Made by a program: the position numbers and the translations under genes. The notes beneath the pieces were generated by a model. The model saw only the letters and a program-made list of their open reading frames with translations, searched no databases and was not told the origin of the DNA. Shown one piece after another: positions 43,616-58,526 of a stretch of DNA of 64,000 bases; position 1 is the stretch's first letter; the number at the start of each line of letters is the position of its first letter. This DNA is from Octopus vulgaris. Lineage: Eukaryota. The stretch lies in contig OX597820.1 in NCBI GenBank assembly GCA_951406725.2, positions 54,002,001 to 54,066,000 of the forward strand. The letters are read 5' to 3'.

Positions 43616-44099
43616 GTATTTAGGATATTTGTTTATTATTTATTTGTATATATTGGATAATATGTGCAGCATGTTTTGTATATCAATATTATTATTATAC
43701 TTTTCAAGTTAATTATATCCTCTGACGTGGCATTTTAACATATAAGTATAATTTTTAATGCTTACAGCCATAGTATACTGACATCTATAGGCAATGTAAG
43801 TTGGATTCTCTTTTGACCATAGGCTGAAACAGCTGTAAGAAACAGTTTATGAATTTCAATAATTTATAATATGACTTTTAAAATATGTATTTTTATTATT
43901 TTTATTATTATACCTATTGATTTATATAATGTTTTGCTTGCTTTTGATCTTCTCATTTGTATAATCAATAAATAATGTAAAATTGTAATATCCGTAAGTT
44001 AATGAACGTGATAAATTTGTTTCTCCATTTTCTTATTTGTATTATATGTATGTATATATACATACACACATATATAGATATACATATATACATTGATAT

Positions 44100-44160
<61 letters not shown>

Positions 44161-44509
44161 TATACAACGAGCTTCTTTCAGTTTCCCTCTGCCAAATCCA
44201 AACACAAGGTTGGACCAAGGCTATAAAAGACACTTGTTCAAGATGCCATGCAGAGGGACTGAACCCGGAACAATGCAGTTAGAAGCAAGATTCTTACCAC
44301 AGAGACACTCCTCCAGAAGATGACTAGTAAAGCCCACTAGCTATTGCAGTGGTGGTGAGGTTATCTGCTCTACCCGCTTAGGGTACTGTTGGATTGGGTA
44401 CTCAGGATGCGAGTGAACACGGGTAGGTGGATTGACTCAAGGCTTAAACAGGTTAGAGAGCATACATGTGCATATAACAATAGTGGATTGAATATTCTAT
44501 GCCACACTT

Positions 44510-44566
<57 letters not shown>

Positions 44567-44814
44567 AGAGAGATTCATACATGCATACATACATATAATA
44601 AGAATATTCATTTAAATCTATCAATATACCTACAGTGGTAATGAGAGAAAAATATTCTACGAGAAATTCCATTGGTTAAGCAATTTGGTAATGGGCGTGT
44701 CACGTGAGTGATTGAGGTCAACTCGGTACAATCGATAGAAGAATGTTGAGTCAATATAAAATGAGAGGCGAATTATGACAAGAAAAACAAACTGTAAATA
44801 AGATCTCTACACAA

Positions 44815-44874
<60 letters not shown>

Positions 44875-45352
44875 CAAGGTTTAAGGAGTATATAAATATA
44901 CAGCTTTGTAGGTGTTAAAAATACAAATTGCAATGTAAAGAAATGCGTAGGTGTCACAGATATCTATACATACATACATACATACATACATACATACATA
45001 CATACATACATACATACATACATACATACATACATACGTACTTTATATATATCTAGACATTCACACATACAAAATTACATATGTTTTGTGCTATGCTTTT
45101 ATTCGTTTCAGACAATGTATTTACGGCCGTGCTGGGGCAACACTAAGATGGAATAAATAAGAAATAAAATACATACTGGCCTTGATCCAACGGACCATAG
45201 TAACATATTTGACTCTGGTATTTACTCATTCTATCCGTCTCACTTTTGCCGAGTCGCTATGTAAAGCAGATGTAAACAAACCGATACCGCTTGTCCAGTG
45301 ATAAGACATACATATGCAAACATACGCATATACATATTCACGCACTTATACA

Positions 45353-45413
<61 letters not shown>

Positions 45414-45439
45414 GCTACGTACATTCACACATACGTATA

Positions 45440-45800
45440 CTCTTTTACTTGTTTCAGTCATTTGACTGTGGCTATGCTGGAGTACAGCCTTTAGTTGTGC
45501 AAATCAACCCCAGGACTTATTCTTTGGAAGCCTAGTACTTATTCTAAAGGTCACTTTTTCCGAATCGCTAGATCACGGGGACGTAAACACATCAGCAACG
45601 GTAGTAAAGCGATGTTGGGGGGACAAACAGAGACACACAAACACATACACACACACATATATAGATATGTACATATATACGACGGGCTTCTTTCAGTTTC
45701 CGTCTACCAAATCCACTCACAAGACTTTGGTCGGCCCGAAACTATAGTAGAAAACACTTGCCCAAGGTGCCACGCAGTGGGACTGAACGCGGAATATGGC
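45440..45800 (-). mobile_element. SINE family A
   Basis: Match to 38437-38855. Confidence 0.88.
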
Positions 45801-46111
45801 CACTCCTACGCCATATCCTATCGTGTATATATATATACGATAGGACGGGGTTCTATGCACTCTATGTTTAACAGCTTCATTCCCTGAGATTGAATACGAA
45901 ACTACGTAGTTACGAATTGAGCTTCTTAGCTACACAGCTATACCTACGATATTTGTATAAAACCACAGGAACTGTTCCTCGCTTTCTCCTTACCTATCAA
46001 CTTATCTATGTGTGAGCGAATATGTGTATAAACACGTATTCATATATATGGACTTATACATATACATACATACACATGCATATATGTGTACATGTGTGCG
46101 TACATATTATA

Positions 46112-46153
<42 letters not shown>

Positions 46154-46499
46154 TATATGTATGTATGTTTGCATCTATCTATCTATCTATCAATCTATCT
46201 ATTTGCATGCATATATATATATATGTGTGTGTGTAAGTGTGTATGTATGTATATATCTATCTGTTCGCATACATATACACATGTATGAATGAATGTATAA
46301 TGTATGATTTATTTATCCACTACTTCATGTCAGACATGACTAAAGGTGTTAAAACAGCCAAGAGCAACGTTTTTTTTTCTGCTCGAAATAAACACGCTTT
46401 CACATGCACACAAATATACATACATACATTCATAATACATACATATATACATACATATGTGTATGTATATATATATCTGTATATATATATATATATATA

Positions 46500-46592
<93 letters not shown>

Positions 46593-46881
46593 ATTCAACG
46601 AGACTGACATTTTATACGGCTGTACACGAAGTAAATGGCTATGACGTTTAAAGTCTTTGTGTCCTGCACGATGACAAAATACGGCTTTGGTCGCATATAA
46701 TACACGAACACAAACAAAGAATGATCTGAATAGGGTAAAAATCAGGATTCCGACAAAACTCGTGATAGTCTACATCAGCAACTATTAGACTATAAGAGAG
46801 TTCAATAAGTACAATAATTGTACTTGGAGGTAGGGAAAATTTATCATTTCTGGCTCTTGTTTTTGTCTAAGAAGGAAGAAA

Positions 46882-46918
<37 letters not shown>

Positions 46919-47953
46919 GGCAGACAGACAGATACACACATACATGCAGACAGACGGAAGCTAGATAATCCTTCCTCTATATTCTCTACTCTCAGACGAA
47001 GTGCAAAAACCGAGAAACGGCAACTGATCTTGAAGAAGTCTTCCACGAATTCTCTGCTAATCAGAATTGCTGAATCGGTTCAAATTTTGGAAGTATATTA
47101 CGTGTAACAACTACCTTTTCTTGATCATGATGAGTCAAGGGAATGAGGAAGTCAGTAGGCAGTTTCTCCATATCACAAAGATACACGTTACATATTTTTA
47201 ATTCTATTTCACAAGTGGGGAATCGAACTCCAAGCAACTGCCATGGAAGTAAGAAATTTTAGTCACTTGGAAATAAAATAGAGATGCCCTAATACGAGTT
47301 AAACCAGGTGCGTGTCGTATATTGGATGACAACAGCACCGATTACACTAAAGGGATTATGAACGATAATAAGAAATTCTACGGAGAGCTGACAGTAGATG
47401 GTCTTCAGAGAAGAATCCTGCTCCACCTCATATAAATTTTTCGATCCTTAACTTCTTACATTCAAAGAGGCCTGACCTCACCCACGTCATGACTCTTGGA
47501 TGCCTCTCAGTTGCCACATTCTGTGTTATTCTCTGCTTTGCAACCCACCTGGATGGCTAAGATGACCCAGGTCCTTGGGTATTTTAATCAGTTCAGTCCA
47601 AGACTCCATATGATTGATTGTAGGGTGAACAGTGTCTTTTGACTTCTATTTCTCCTTGACCTGATCCAGTTGGAGTTCTTTTCACTACTTCGGTCATTAC
47701 CTTAAGAGCTCTGATGGACTGTTGTAATAAGTGTGTGAATCTGAGAGGGGAATATGTTCAATAAAATCATAATTAACTGATCTTCCTGTATTTTCTTTTA
47801 CACAAAGACAGGAATTTTTCAGTACACCCTTGAATATATATTCTTTTACTTGTTTCAGTAATTTTGACTGTGGCCATATAAGAAACTAAAGAAATATAAT
47901 GCACACACTTTACATAGTTTTAATATAATTTTTAATATATCTTGCATTGTGTT

Positions 47954-47986
47954 TGTCGACCGGTTTCGCTTTTGCTAATCATGACA
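47954..47986 (-). ncRNA. Degenerate minimal hammerhead motif
   Basis: tgtc-ATGATTA-gc aaaa gc-GAAA-ccgg-TC-gaca. Confidence 0.55.
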
Positions 47987-48429
47987 TTAAAATTTATTTA
48001 AATACGTATTTTCTTAAGAAAAATTTTTTGTCCATGTTGTGTGTGGAGTTTATAAATGAACGATTCAACAAGTAGAAAAATCTAAGGGGAGGTAATTGGT
48101 TATCGTTATTATTGTGGACAGGGGAGATAATTGCTCACCTTTCAGTGGGGGGAATATATGTGTGTGTGGTGTATGTGGTGTGTATGTGTGGTGTGTGTGT
48201 GTGTGTGTATGTGTGTGTGTGTGTGTGTGCGCGCGCGTGCGTGCGCGAGTGAGAGAGAGACATGGGGAGAATAAATTAAACTTTCAACCTATTTGAAAGC
48301 AAGTCTAGACGTCAATGCGTTGAATGAATTCGCCTGCCGTGAGGAAAGAGGACTCTGACCATTCGCAGTTGACCCTATGTTACTGACAAAAAAGCACATA
48401 TTTTATACTTACTGTTTTTTAAAATATTT

Positions 48430-48815
48430 TTAGCGGTATTTCGTCTGCCGTTGCGTTCTGAGTTCAAAACCCGCCGGGTTCGACTTTGCCTTTCATCCTT
48501 TCGGGGTCGATAAATTAAGTACCAGCAACGCACTGGGGTCGATATAATCGACTTAATCCGTTTGTCTGTCCTTGTTTGTCTCCTCTATGTTCAGCCCCTT
48601 GTGGGCAATAAAGAAATACGAAATGTTATCACGTCGGGCGAAATGCTTAGCGGTATTTCGTCTGTCTTTGTGTTCTGAGCTCAATTCCGCCGAGATCGAC
48701 TTTGCCTTTCATCCTTTCGGAGTCGATAAATTAAATACTAGTTGCGTATTGGGTTCGATCAAATCGACTGCCACCCCATCCCCAAAAATTTCGGGCTTTG
48801 TGCATAGAGTAGAAA
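48430..48815 (+). mobile_element. SINE family B dimer
   Basis: Two consecutive gagttcaaa..cctttcatcctttcggggtcga units. Confidence 0.88.
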
Positions 48816-49356
48816 TGAATATGTAGTAACTGTAATATCTAATCATATTCAAAACTACTGAATTGACTTGGTATGTAGAACAAGGCATATCTTGTTCTAT
48901 CATCGTTTCTTTATCCTTTTCAACAGATAATTATATTCAAAAAATTTCTTGATTTGTTCCCAGAAAGATTAAGCAGTATATATTATTTCAACCTCAACTA
49001 TTCCAAGCACACACCTTGCATTATTATATATTTAAGTGTGCTATGTAAAAGTACTTAATATCGACACCTTTTTATTTGGCCAACACAGTTAGGTTCGGCA
49101 AGTAATTTTATTTTATTTTACCTTATATTTTTTTTCCTTTTCGTCACATTGAGCAAATAATAGTTTAAAGAACTAACGAGGGCGTCTCTACGCGGAAATT
49201 GCGGCTAAATGTCACCCAAGTAATTCGTTGCGGTCTTACATATAAGATATATTGAATAATGTTATTCGAGGTATATTGTTTGAATGGAAGTTAGGGTAGT
49301 CGCAGTCGAACTGTCTGAAATCCGGAATTCGTGGACGTTGGTAACTAACAAGTCTG

Positions 49357-49406
<50 letters not shown>

Positions 49407-50244
49407 ACACACACACACACACACATACACATGTGTTTGTGTTTCTTCGTCACCGCTTGTTTGTCTTCTCTGTAACTCAGCGATAGGGATTACGTGACCA
49501 CTAAAATAAGTGTTAGTTTGACACCACCCTCCCACTAGAAAAAAAAAGGTATGAAGGTTATTTGTAAACCATTTGGAGGCTGTGTCCCTTCATGACCGCA
49601 GTCCAATGAATAAAACAAATTAAAAGATAAAAAAAAAGATGAATGTATCGAATTGTAGTTGTTTAAATTTAGCTCCAGTACAACTGCGAATACACTGATC
49701 GATGGCAAAATAGAGTTTCATGTCATTACCATCCACCCCTATTCAGGTTATGTTTATCTAGTATTATATTTTCTAATGTATTCCTAGGTTATGAAAATGC
49801 TAAGTTGTAACTGTGGGAAGGCTTGTAGTAGGAACCACGCTTGCTTACGTAAATGGAACCTCACCAACATCGGTTGTCAAGTGATAGTGGGGGACAAAGA
49901 GACTGACACAAATACATGCACACACACATATATATATATTTATATATGTATACTCACACACAAATATATATATATATATAAAACTGAGAATGTGTGTCTG
50001 TCTGTGTGAATCCCTAAAACTCGAGAACTACACGACCAAGTTCATTCAACTTTTACACATGACTTACTTAGGGCGGCATTGAGGCGACTGTACACGGCTA
50101 CAGGCCCACAGTCGACGCTATGGCATTGGTGTCACTATTATTGAAGGCTCGGCTCGGCTCGGCTTGGCTTGGCTTGGCTTGGCTTGGCTTTGTATACCAC
50201 ATCAATAGATACTTTCGGCATGAGAGAAAGGCAAAACACAGATT

Positions 50245-50828
50245 TTGTTCAGTGCTGGGCTCTCAGAGCTGGAAACAGTTATCGAAGCAAAGCGTGCAGC
50301 TCTGATGCAATACAAGAGTGATTCTTCTACAAAGTCACTCGAAGAACTCAGAAAGGCAAGAAATAAAACCCAATTGACTGCCAGACGCTGTGCATATAGG
50401 TATTGGCAGGAAATCTGTCAGAGTATCCAGTCAGCTGCTGACAGTGGCAACACCCGTGGGATGTGTGCCGGTTTGAAGAAGGCCCTCGGTCAATCCGCAA
50501 CCAAGTCAGCCCCTCTGAAATCAACTACTGGAGATATCATCAAGGACCAAAGCAAGCAAATGGATAGATGGGTGGAGTACTACCAGGATCTCTACTAACG
50601 GGAGACCACGGTAGCTGAGGCTGCAATCGAGATTCTCAAGATCTTGCCAGTCATGTACCAACTTGACAGTCTACCATCTATAGCAGAGCTCACCAAGGCC
50701 ATTGACTCCCTAGCAAGTAACAAGGCTCCGGAAAAAGATGGCATCCCCTTAGAGATCATCAAAACCGGCAAAAACACCATCCTGCTTCGGCACCTTCATG
50801 AGCTTCTGTGTCAGTGCTGGGAAGAGGG
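50245..50828 (+). pseudogene. RTE-type LINE ORF fragment (linker to RT domain 0)
   Basis: YWQEICQSIQSAADSGNTRGM...QMDRWVEYYQDLY-stop...ELTKAIDSLASNKAPEKDGIPLE...LCQCWEEG. Confidence 0.9.
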
Positions 50829-51094
50829 TATATATCTATTTACAGTGAAATTTATTCACTGGTCACCGTAATTAGAAAATTGAATTTCTAAATGTCTCAA
50901 CGAGACATGAGCGATGGTGGAGCGATAGAATGGTTGTATAAAGTCAAAATAACATGACAGTCCCGTAGAGAGAATTACACTAAAGCTATATAGCCCTAGG
51001 AAGCATCGACGCTTCCTGTCGGCTTTGACACATTTCCTGTGTCCTTATATTTGCAAAGGGGAGGCAAGCACCCCCACCAGCTAGAACTAGCAAC

Positions 51095-51134
51095 CCGGAG
51101 ACATGTTTCTAGGTCTTGTCCGTCGTCAGTCCAG
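51095..51134 (-). ncRNA. Type I hammerhead motif
   Basis: ctgga-CTGACGA-cggacaagaccta-GAAA-catg-TC-tccgg. Confidence 0.7.
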
Positions 51135-51298
51135 AGACATGAGCGGTGGTGGAGCGATAGAGTGGTTGTATAAAGTCAACATAACGTGACAGTCCCATAG
51201 AGATTTAGAAATTCAATATTTCTAATTACTGTGACCAGTGAATAAATTTCACTCTAAATAGATATATTTGCAAGGGCTTGGTAAGTATCACCGCTAGC

Positions 51299-51343
51299 GG
51301 GGACACGCTGACGACGGGCAAGACCCAGAAACATGTAACCCCC
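51299..51343 (+). ncRNA. Hammerhead motif, opposite polarity (weak stem I)
   Basis: CTGACGA-c-ggg caaga ccc-a-GAAA-catg-TA. Confidence 0.55.
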
Positions 51344-52756
51344 ATGACAATTCATATATTTTTTTTTTTGCTGTTGATGAAATTTTAACCATAGATATTA
51401 GACACAAATGAAGTAATATTTATAAAATTTCATCTTACAAAGTTAGAAAGACCCCTCCATGGGGACTTAACACCCACAATTTTGTCATTTTATCTAAGCA
51501 AAAACGAATACAGTTGTGCTCTTGGAAGCTGTAGGGTTACCCCTACAGTTGGGCATTATTTCTAATTCAATGGTACAACAGTGTAACACTTTGCTTTGAC
51601 ATACACTTACATTGTGATTTCTGGAATGTGGTGCATAAATTGTCAAGTAAATGAGAGACATCTTTGCCTCCACTGATTCAGTTGCTAAGTGCTGAGTAAA
51701 GTTATTTGATTGCAGACCTCATTTCAGTCTTTTTATTATCACTCGGTCACACATAGTCCCCATAAGGTAACATTGATTTCAAGGCCTTCCCAGATGAGTG
51801 ACTGGTTATTCAAAGACATTTATAGATTTTAAATTTATTCTGTCCAGTTACGTATCAGTATAGTGGTCATTTGCAAACTCCAGAGGTGACACTTTAATTT
51901 ATCCTGAGCCCTCACGTCACACAGTTGTTAATTTTGATTTCAGTTGGGTCACGCTCTTCCAATTGCTATAGATTCGCAATGCATCTTACGGCTGTGCCTG
52001 TCACCCTGATGGTGAGGAATCCTACATTGGGAGTGGTAACGACTCGGGTAGGGTAATTGACTGCTTATTGTGATCATTCGTCTTTTGGTTTCCTGTAGCT
52101 TTGCTCTCTTTTACAAACCCAGTGAACATATATTTCCTATTTCAAAGAAATTCAAACAATAGATATAAGACCCAAGTTAAAAAGTTTTTCAACAATTCAA
52201 CTTCTCTGGTTGACATTAAGATGCCCTCCCCCAACAGGGGCCTTAACTCTCACATTTTAGAGCCTTCATTTTTCAGGAGCAAAATCTTTTTAACAGGTTC
52301 AATAAGACTGGAATTTTGGAATATGCGCATAAAAATCAGTAGTATGGGATACATGTGGCACGATTACAATTTTTTGAGGGTGTGTAAAGAGGGAGATAAC
52401 CCTCATCTGCAATTTTGATGAAATTCGAAACAGATATTCCAGTTCATTACAGAAAATATAACAGAAAAGTCTAATTCTTCAATTGAATGTAACCGGGCAA
52501 CGCCAGGTATCTCTGCTAGTAGTATATATATATCCTGATATTATCAGCACCATGTAAACAGTATGTTTGGTGTTGTTTGTTTAGCTGATACTTATCTACG
52601 AGCGGGGAGACTTATGTTCAAAGCTTATTCCTGCAGAGATCTTTTCGTCTTTTCAACAGTACTACACTGTCTGAGACGTCCTATGACACTACGGGTGACT
52701 TGTAATTTTAGCCTAAACGTCTTGAGAATCAGAATAAACTACGGCTTCATGAACCT

Positions 52757-53027
<271 letters not shown>

Positions 53028-54166
53028 TTCCACATTATCCAAACGCATGAAACTCTTTGATGAACCATTATCTATGAAAACATTGTTCAAAATAGGTACT
53101 TGATTTATGTTCTCCATGATTTTAGAAAATAATATTGGTTTCAAATTTTGGCACAATTTCAGGAATTTCTGGGAGGTGGTAAGTCGATTACATCGAGCCC
53201 AGCACTCAACTGGTACTTATCTTATCAGCAGAATTTGAACCCAGAGCGTAAAAGACAGATGAAATGCCGCTAAGCGTTTCGCCGGGCGTGCTAACGATTC
53301 TGCTAGATAATAATAATATTTCGCTATAATACAATCATCACGTAAGGCTAAAGATGGGAATGATGATTTCCCTTCGCAAATACTGATCAGACACAGACAG
53401 TGTGTCGTTAGCCAGTTGGAGGAGATGTTTTCCTGGGACTATAAACAACAGTAGGATCGTCCCATATGGGTCAGCCACATTTAGGTGGCAAATGACGTGC
53501 TGCTATTCTTTACATCTCACTAAGAGATTTATTATTACAATCATAACTCTATATTCTAACAGAGTTTTTAGTGGATTCCTGATACAGGGCAAAGCAGTGT
53601 AGATATTATAAGTTTTCTAAGGGATCAGAATTCAGAGAGAATATGTTCATTCTGCTGTTGTCTGTGGTTACTCCGATCAACATTCGCCCAGCAGACATGT
53701 GGTCAAAAGGCATTCCTGCTGCAACGGTTTCAGTCTTTTTTTTTTTTTTGTTTACGTTTCAGGTGCATTATTCAAAAAAACATACATTGTTCCTGCAATT
53801 TGACAAACCCCAAGTCGCACAAAGTAATTGGATTTACTGCAGGAAGACTGAAATTTGATGTTGAAAATATTGCTTTCGTCAGCACATACATGGTTGTGTG
53901 GTTAAGAAACTCGCTATGCAACCAGGTGATTTCGGGTTAAGTTCTACTGTGCAGCAGCTTTGGCAGGCGTCTTCTACTATAATCTCGAGGGGTTCAATGC
54001 TTGATATGGAATTAGGTAGTGAGAAACTGTGTGAAAGTCCTTCGTGTATGTATGTATGTATGTATGTATGTATGTATGTATGTATGTATGCATGTATGTA
54101 TGTATGTATGTATGTATGTATGCATGCATGTATGTATGTATGTATGTATGTATGTATGTATGTATG

Positions 54167-54208
<42 letters not shown>

Positions 54209-55037
54209 AGCTGACTTACCCGGTAATTCCCCGAGAAAGCGGAGCTTGTCCCTCGGTTCTGTTCTCATAATTGTTTCGCTAATCCAATAACAACAATACA
54301 AAGTATGTAGCCCTTGTCTTACACATGAACTTGTTTTTAGGAATTCCCAGTTAAGTTATGAATACCCAAATTGTGAAGTCAATTATGTAATAACATGAAA
54401 CTAGTTACCCGATAGTAAGAATTCAAATAAAGTAGCCCCGAAAAGGGCTTTAACGCGTTCCAAGAGTATATAGAACATGGGACGAAATACTAATAAGGTA
54501 TGTATACTAAAATCATGAAGCATGTTACGTAGTAACAGGCCAATCAGATATGAGAAAATAATAATTCAAATTAAATAACTCTGAAAAGGGCTTTTGTGCA
54601 TTCTTAGGGAATATTACCCTCAGGGGCGCTAGTGTTGGTATAATCGTGAATAAGTCACTAACCGAAATAAGTGGATCTATTGTTTAGGAAAATACTATTT
54701 ACTTGTCTAAGGGTTGTACTGGATAAATTGCGAAAATAACTCTAACAGTTCAAATACTAAGAAATAAGCATACTCAATTTCCTTTTTACCAAATAATTTA
54801 GGAAAATGAATGGGGTATTTTCCTTGGTTTTTAAAATAAGATATATTAGATGTATATAAAGATCCCTTCCAGGGGCCCTATTATCGATTTTTTTTTCAAC
54901 AATCTGAGATGCCATGAAGTTTCCAGACATGAGTTCTACTCACGTGTCCAGATTCATCAAAATCGATAAAACGATGTAGGAGGAGTTAGCTAACATCTCC
55001 ACAAACACACCCACAGACAGAATTTCCCACATATGTA

Positions 55038-55090
<53 letters not shown>

Positions 55091-55589
55091 CATACATATA
55101 TAGACAGAGAGAGAGGGGGAGATAGAGACATATATATATATTCCGTTTTAATACTTGGTTTCAAAGATTCTTTAAGTGAATTCGTGTGTTGAAGGATATT
55201 TTATTGTATCTGGGGAGAGTCATTCCCTTTCAGTGTCTTATTCTTTTCTATTTTAGGCATAAGGCCGAAATTTTTGGGGAGGGGGGCCTGTCGATTAGAT
55301 CGACTCCAGTATGCGACAGGTACTTAATTTATCGACCCCGAAAGGATGAAAGGCAAAGTCGACCTCGGCGGAATTTGAACTCAGAACGTAAAGACAGACG
55401 AAATACCGTTAAAAATTTAACCCGGCGTGCTAACGTTTCTGCCAGCACACCGCCTTACTTTCAATACCTTATTATTTAACACACTCACCGGTTCAATTTC
55501 CACTCATTTACTTATTTATTTTTTCTAAAATTTTCGACCTTTATTGGTACTACTACTACTACCTTTTTCCTCAACCACAACTGCTTAAC

Positions 55590-56340
55590 TACCCAAGCTA
55601 ACCTGTCATATTTCTCGACTTCCTTATTGCAACCTTGTTGTCAGCTGGGCATGCTATATCTATGATCCAGCATAGTTTGTTTTCTTTCTCAATCAAGACT
55701 ATGTCCGGCTTCTTATTCGCAATCTCATGGTCGCACTGAATCACAAAATCCCATAGGATCTTTACATTTTTATTTTCGATAATGCCTTCAGGTTTGTGGC
55801 CGTACCAATTTTTTGCTCTGTTAAGTCCATACTTGTTGAAAAGTGTCCAGTGGACAAGCCTTGCTATATTGTCGTGACGTCTCTTATTTTCCTTCTGGGC
55901 TAGTGGTGTACATTGGCTGGTAATATGCCATACGGTTTCACCGCTTTGTCCACAGATTCTGCGTTTATCACTTTCTGATGTGCTGTCTATTCTGTATTTT
56001 ACGTAGTTTGTTCTTAGTGCTTGCTCTTGGACAGCACAGATAAGAGCCTCCATTTCCGGTTTTAAATCACTTTTAGTCATCCACAGCCATCTTTTTTCTC
56101 TGTCTTATCTTCAACATCCCTATGAAATTGTCCATGCATTCTTTTCTTTACCTACCTATTTTCAGTTTCATTCGTTTGCAATTGCTTATACAATGCTTTA
56201 TCTTTGCAGTCTTTCATCCTACACAAGTCTGACCTTGTTACGGAATCTTGGGGTTAGTAACCTGCGCTCTTAACATATGCTCGTTTTCATCAATCTCGAC
56301 ACATTCAAAGAGAGCTTGTGGATCTGAAACCCGAGTGTCT
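55590..56340 (-). pseudogene. R4/Dong-type non-LTR retrotransposon C-terminal fragment (CCHC plus restriction-like endonuclease)
   Basis: QEQALRT, ICGQSGETVWHITSQC, RRHD, ILWDF, KKPDIV, IIDIACP motifs. Confidence 0.88.
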
Positions 56341-56349
56341 TTTTGGTCA

Positions 56350-56862
56350 GCTAAAATCAGTTTTGACACAAACTTGGCAGACACTTGTCTCATCCCCAAA
56401 TCTTCAGTGATTATGGACTGAACTGAACCGTAACTAATGTACGCATCCTCTGATAACTCACGAATGGTAATTCTACGATTTCCCTCACAGCTGCACGCAC
56501 ATCTGCGATGTTTTTCTCAGTTCTACTAGTTGCGGGTCTCCCAGAACGTTCAAGACGTTTTTTCAGCCATCTTGGAAATGTGTGCAGCTCATACACTCCT
56601 TTCCATACAATTTTTGCTACTTTGCGAAGGCCTCTGAACAGGTATTGCCATGACAACTTTCTCTCTCATGGTCAGTGCGATGATCACACGCTACACACCT
56701 TCCAAGCATTGCTGTAAACAGCGGAAGTAAGCTAGCACCGTAAAAACTAATTGCGCATGCAGAGCAGAGTTCAAGGTCAGTCTTTGCCAATTGGCTTTAC
56801 TCTGCGCGTTTTAGCTTCCTTATTATGACAACAGTCCAGATACTTATTGATCAGACCTAGTA
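56350..56862 (-). mobile_element. mariner 5' fragment
   Basis: TIR aggtctgatcaataagtatctggac; RSGRPATSRTEKNIADVRAAV; homologous to 16230-16770. Confidence 0.88.
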
Positions 56863-57563
56863 TATATTTGTATGAATGTGCGTCTGCATGTCTGTGTTTG
56901 TCTCCATCCACCGCGTGACAACCGGTGTTTAGAAAATAAGTATTGGGGTCGACATATTTCGACCGAACCCTTCAAGATGGTGTCTCGACATGGCTGCAGT
57001 GACAAAAGATAAAATCCCTTATTTAGGATGGTAACGTGTGATTTGAGGAAGATTTAGTTGCTATTTCTAGCAGATTGAGTGACCACATAGACGCTCCGTC
57101 GATGGCTCAATGTAATTGGGCAGATGCTGCTGCTCTTGTTGTATAGTATTAGTAGTAGCATCAAGAGGAGTCAGTGCAACTGCACTGAGAAGTAATGTTA
57201 TAGGGCAGAGCCCTTCATCAGAGAATCAGAAGATGAGAAGATATAAGTAGATAGTAAGGGAGTGAGTAAGCGTATAAGTAAAGTGAGAGGAGAAACAAGA
57301 AAGCATTTAAGTACATAGCGAAAACATGAGGAGATTTACAGACAGCTTATATATATGGAGGGAGGAACAGACGAAGACACTGTGATAGGGTATAAGAACA
57401 GAGCGAGAAAATGAGGAGTAGGGTAAGCAATATGAATAGAGGAGTGGGAGGCTATATTTGATTACGGTTCGTTGGTATACCAGCACTAAAGCATGACTCA
57501 AAATTTGTAAGTGTCAGGCGCAATGTATTTAAATAAGGCTGTATAATCTTTCGTAGTCAGCTG

Positions 57564-57635
57564 TCCCAAGTGGTCTAGTGGTTAGGATTCCGCGCTCTCA
57601 CCGCGGCGGCCGGGGTTCGATTCCCCGCTTGGGAA
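57564..57635 (+). tRNA. tRNA-Glu (anticodon CTC)
   Basis: Full cloverleaf: TCCCAAG/CTTGGGA acceptor, CCGCG-CT CTC AC-CGCGG, GGTTCGATT; long T terminator from 57643. Confidence 0.97.
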
Positions 57636-58268
57636 ACGTAGCTTTTTTTTTTTTTTTTTTTCTTCTAAATCTTTTGATTTTTAACTTTGAATTTGAAAAC
57701 ACAATATACTTAGACTGAGATATATTGAATATCTTAGTTTTATATTGAAAATATTAGTTTAATGCTGTATAGGCAATTCATTTTGTTTTGTGGCGGGGGA
57801 ACGATCAGGGCTCGCAACAGTACTTTTGGCAAGTATCTTCTGCCATAGCATTAGATCGACCAAAACATTGCGACTAAAATTAGAGGAAAACTACGTTGAA
57901 GCCTGCTAGAAGGACACAACGCTCTTCCTGGTTTAGGAATTGAATACGCCAAAAGCTAACATGAGAGTATCTCTCGTGGCATCTACCGCAGTATAGTTTG
58001 TTCTAGCAGAACACCCACGTTTCCCTCTCAGTATTAATAATAGCTCTGATGTTAATATACTATTTTATTCTTTTACTTGTTTCAATCATTCGACTGCAGC
58101 CATGCTGGAACACCGCGTTTAATCGAACAAATCGACCCCAGGACTTATTCTACCTTGTACTTATTCTACCGGTCTCTTTTTGCCGAAAAGCTGGGTGACG
58201 GGGACGTAAAAGCACCAGCATCGGTTGTCAAGCAAAGATGGACTGACAAACACAGACACAAATAACAA

Positions 58269-58304
<36 letters not shown>

Positions 58305-58418
58305 TGGCCTGCTCGCTTAGCCAGTGGGGTGGCGTCATTCGAAGGCTAAAAAAACAATGCGGACGCATTGTGACCAGCGATGTGTAACAACATCTGATGG
58401 TGTGGTCGGTCACGTGAT

Positions 58419-58526
<108 letters not shown>

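Larger units (their letters stand above)
50830..51345. mobile_element. Penelope-like/retrozyme-like module with direct and inverted repeats and two opposed hammerheads
   Basis: Inverted repeat 50830-50893/51203-51266; direct repeat 50902-50971/51134-51203 (232-bp period). Confidence 0.7.
49981..52520 (+). mobile_element. Helitron/Helentron-like ends enclosing nested insertions (continuity uncertain)
   Basis: 5' tataaaactgagaatgtgtgtctgtctg; 3' hairpin ccgggcaacgccagg followed by ctgCTAGt. Confidence 0.45.

Noticed and set aside
54330-54860. Repeat module with ctgaaaa/ccgaaaa-gggcttt duplicates and several GAAA motifs
   Set aside because: Possibly a decayed Penelope-like pLTR, but I could not build a consistent ribozyme fold
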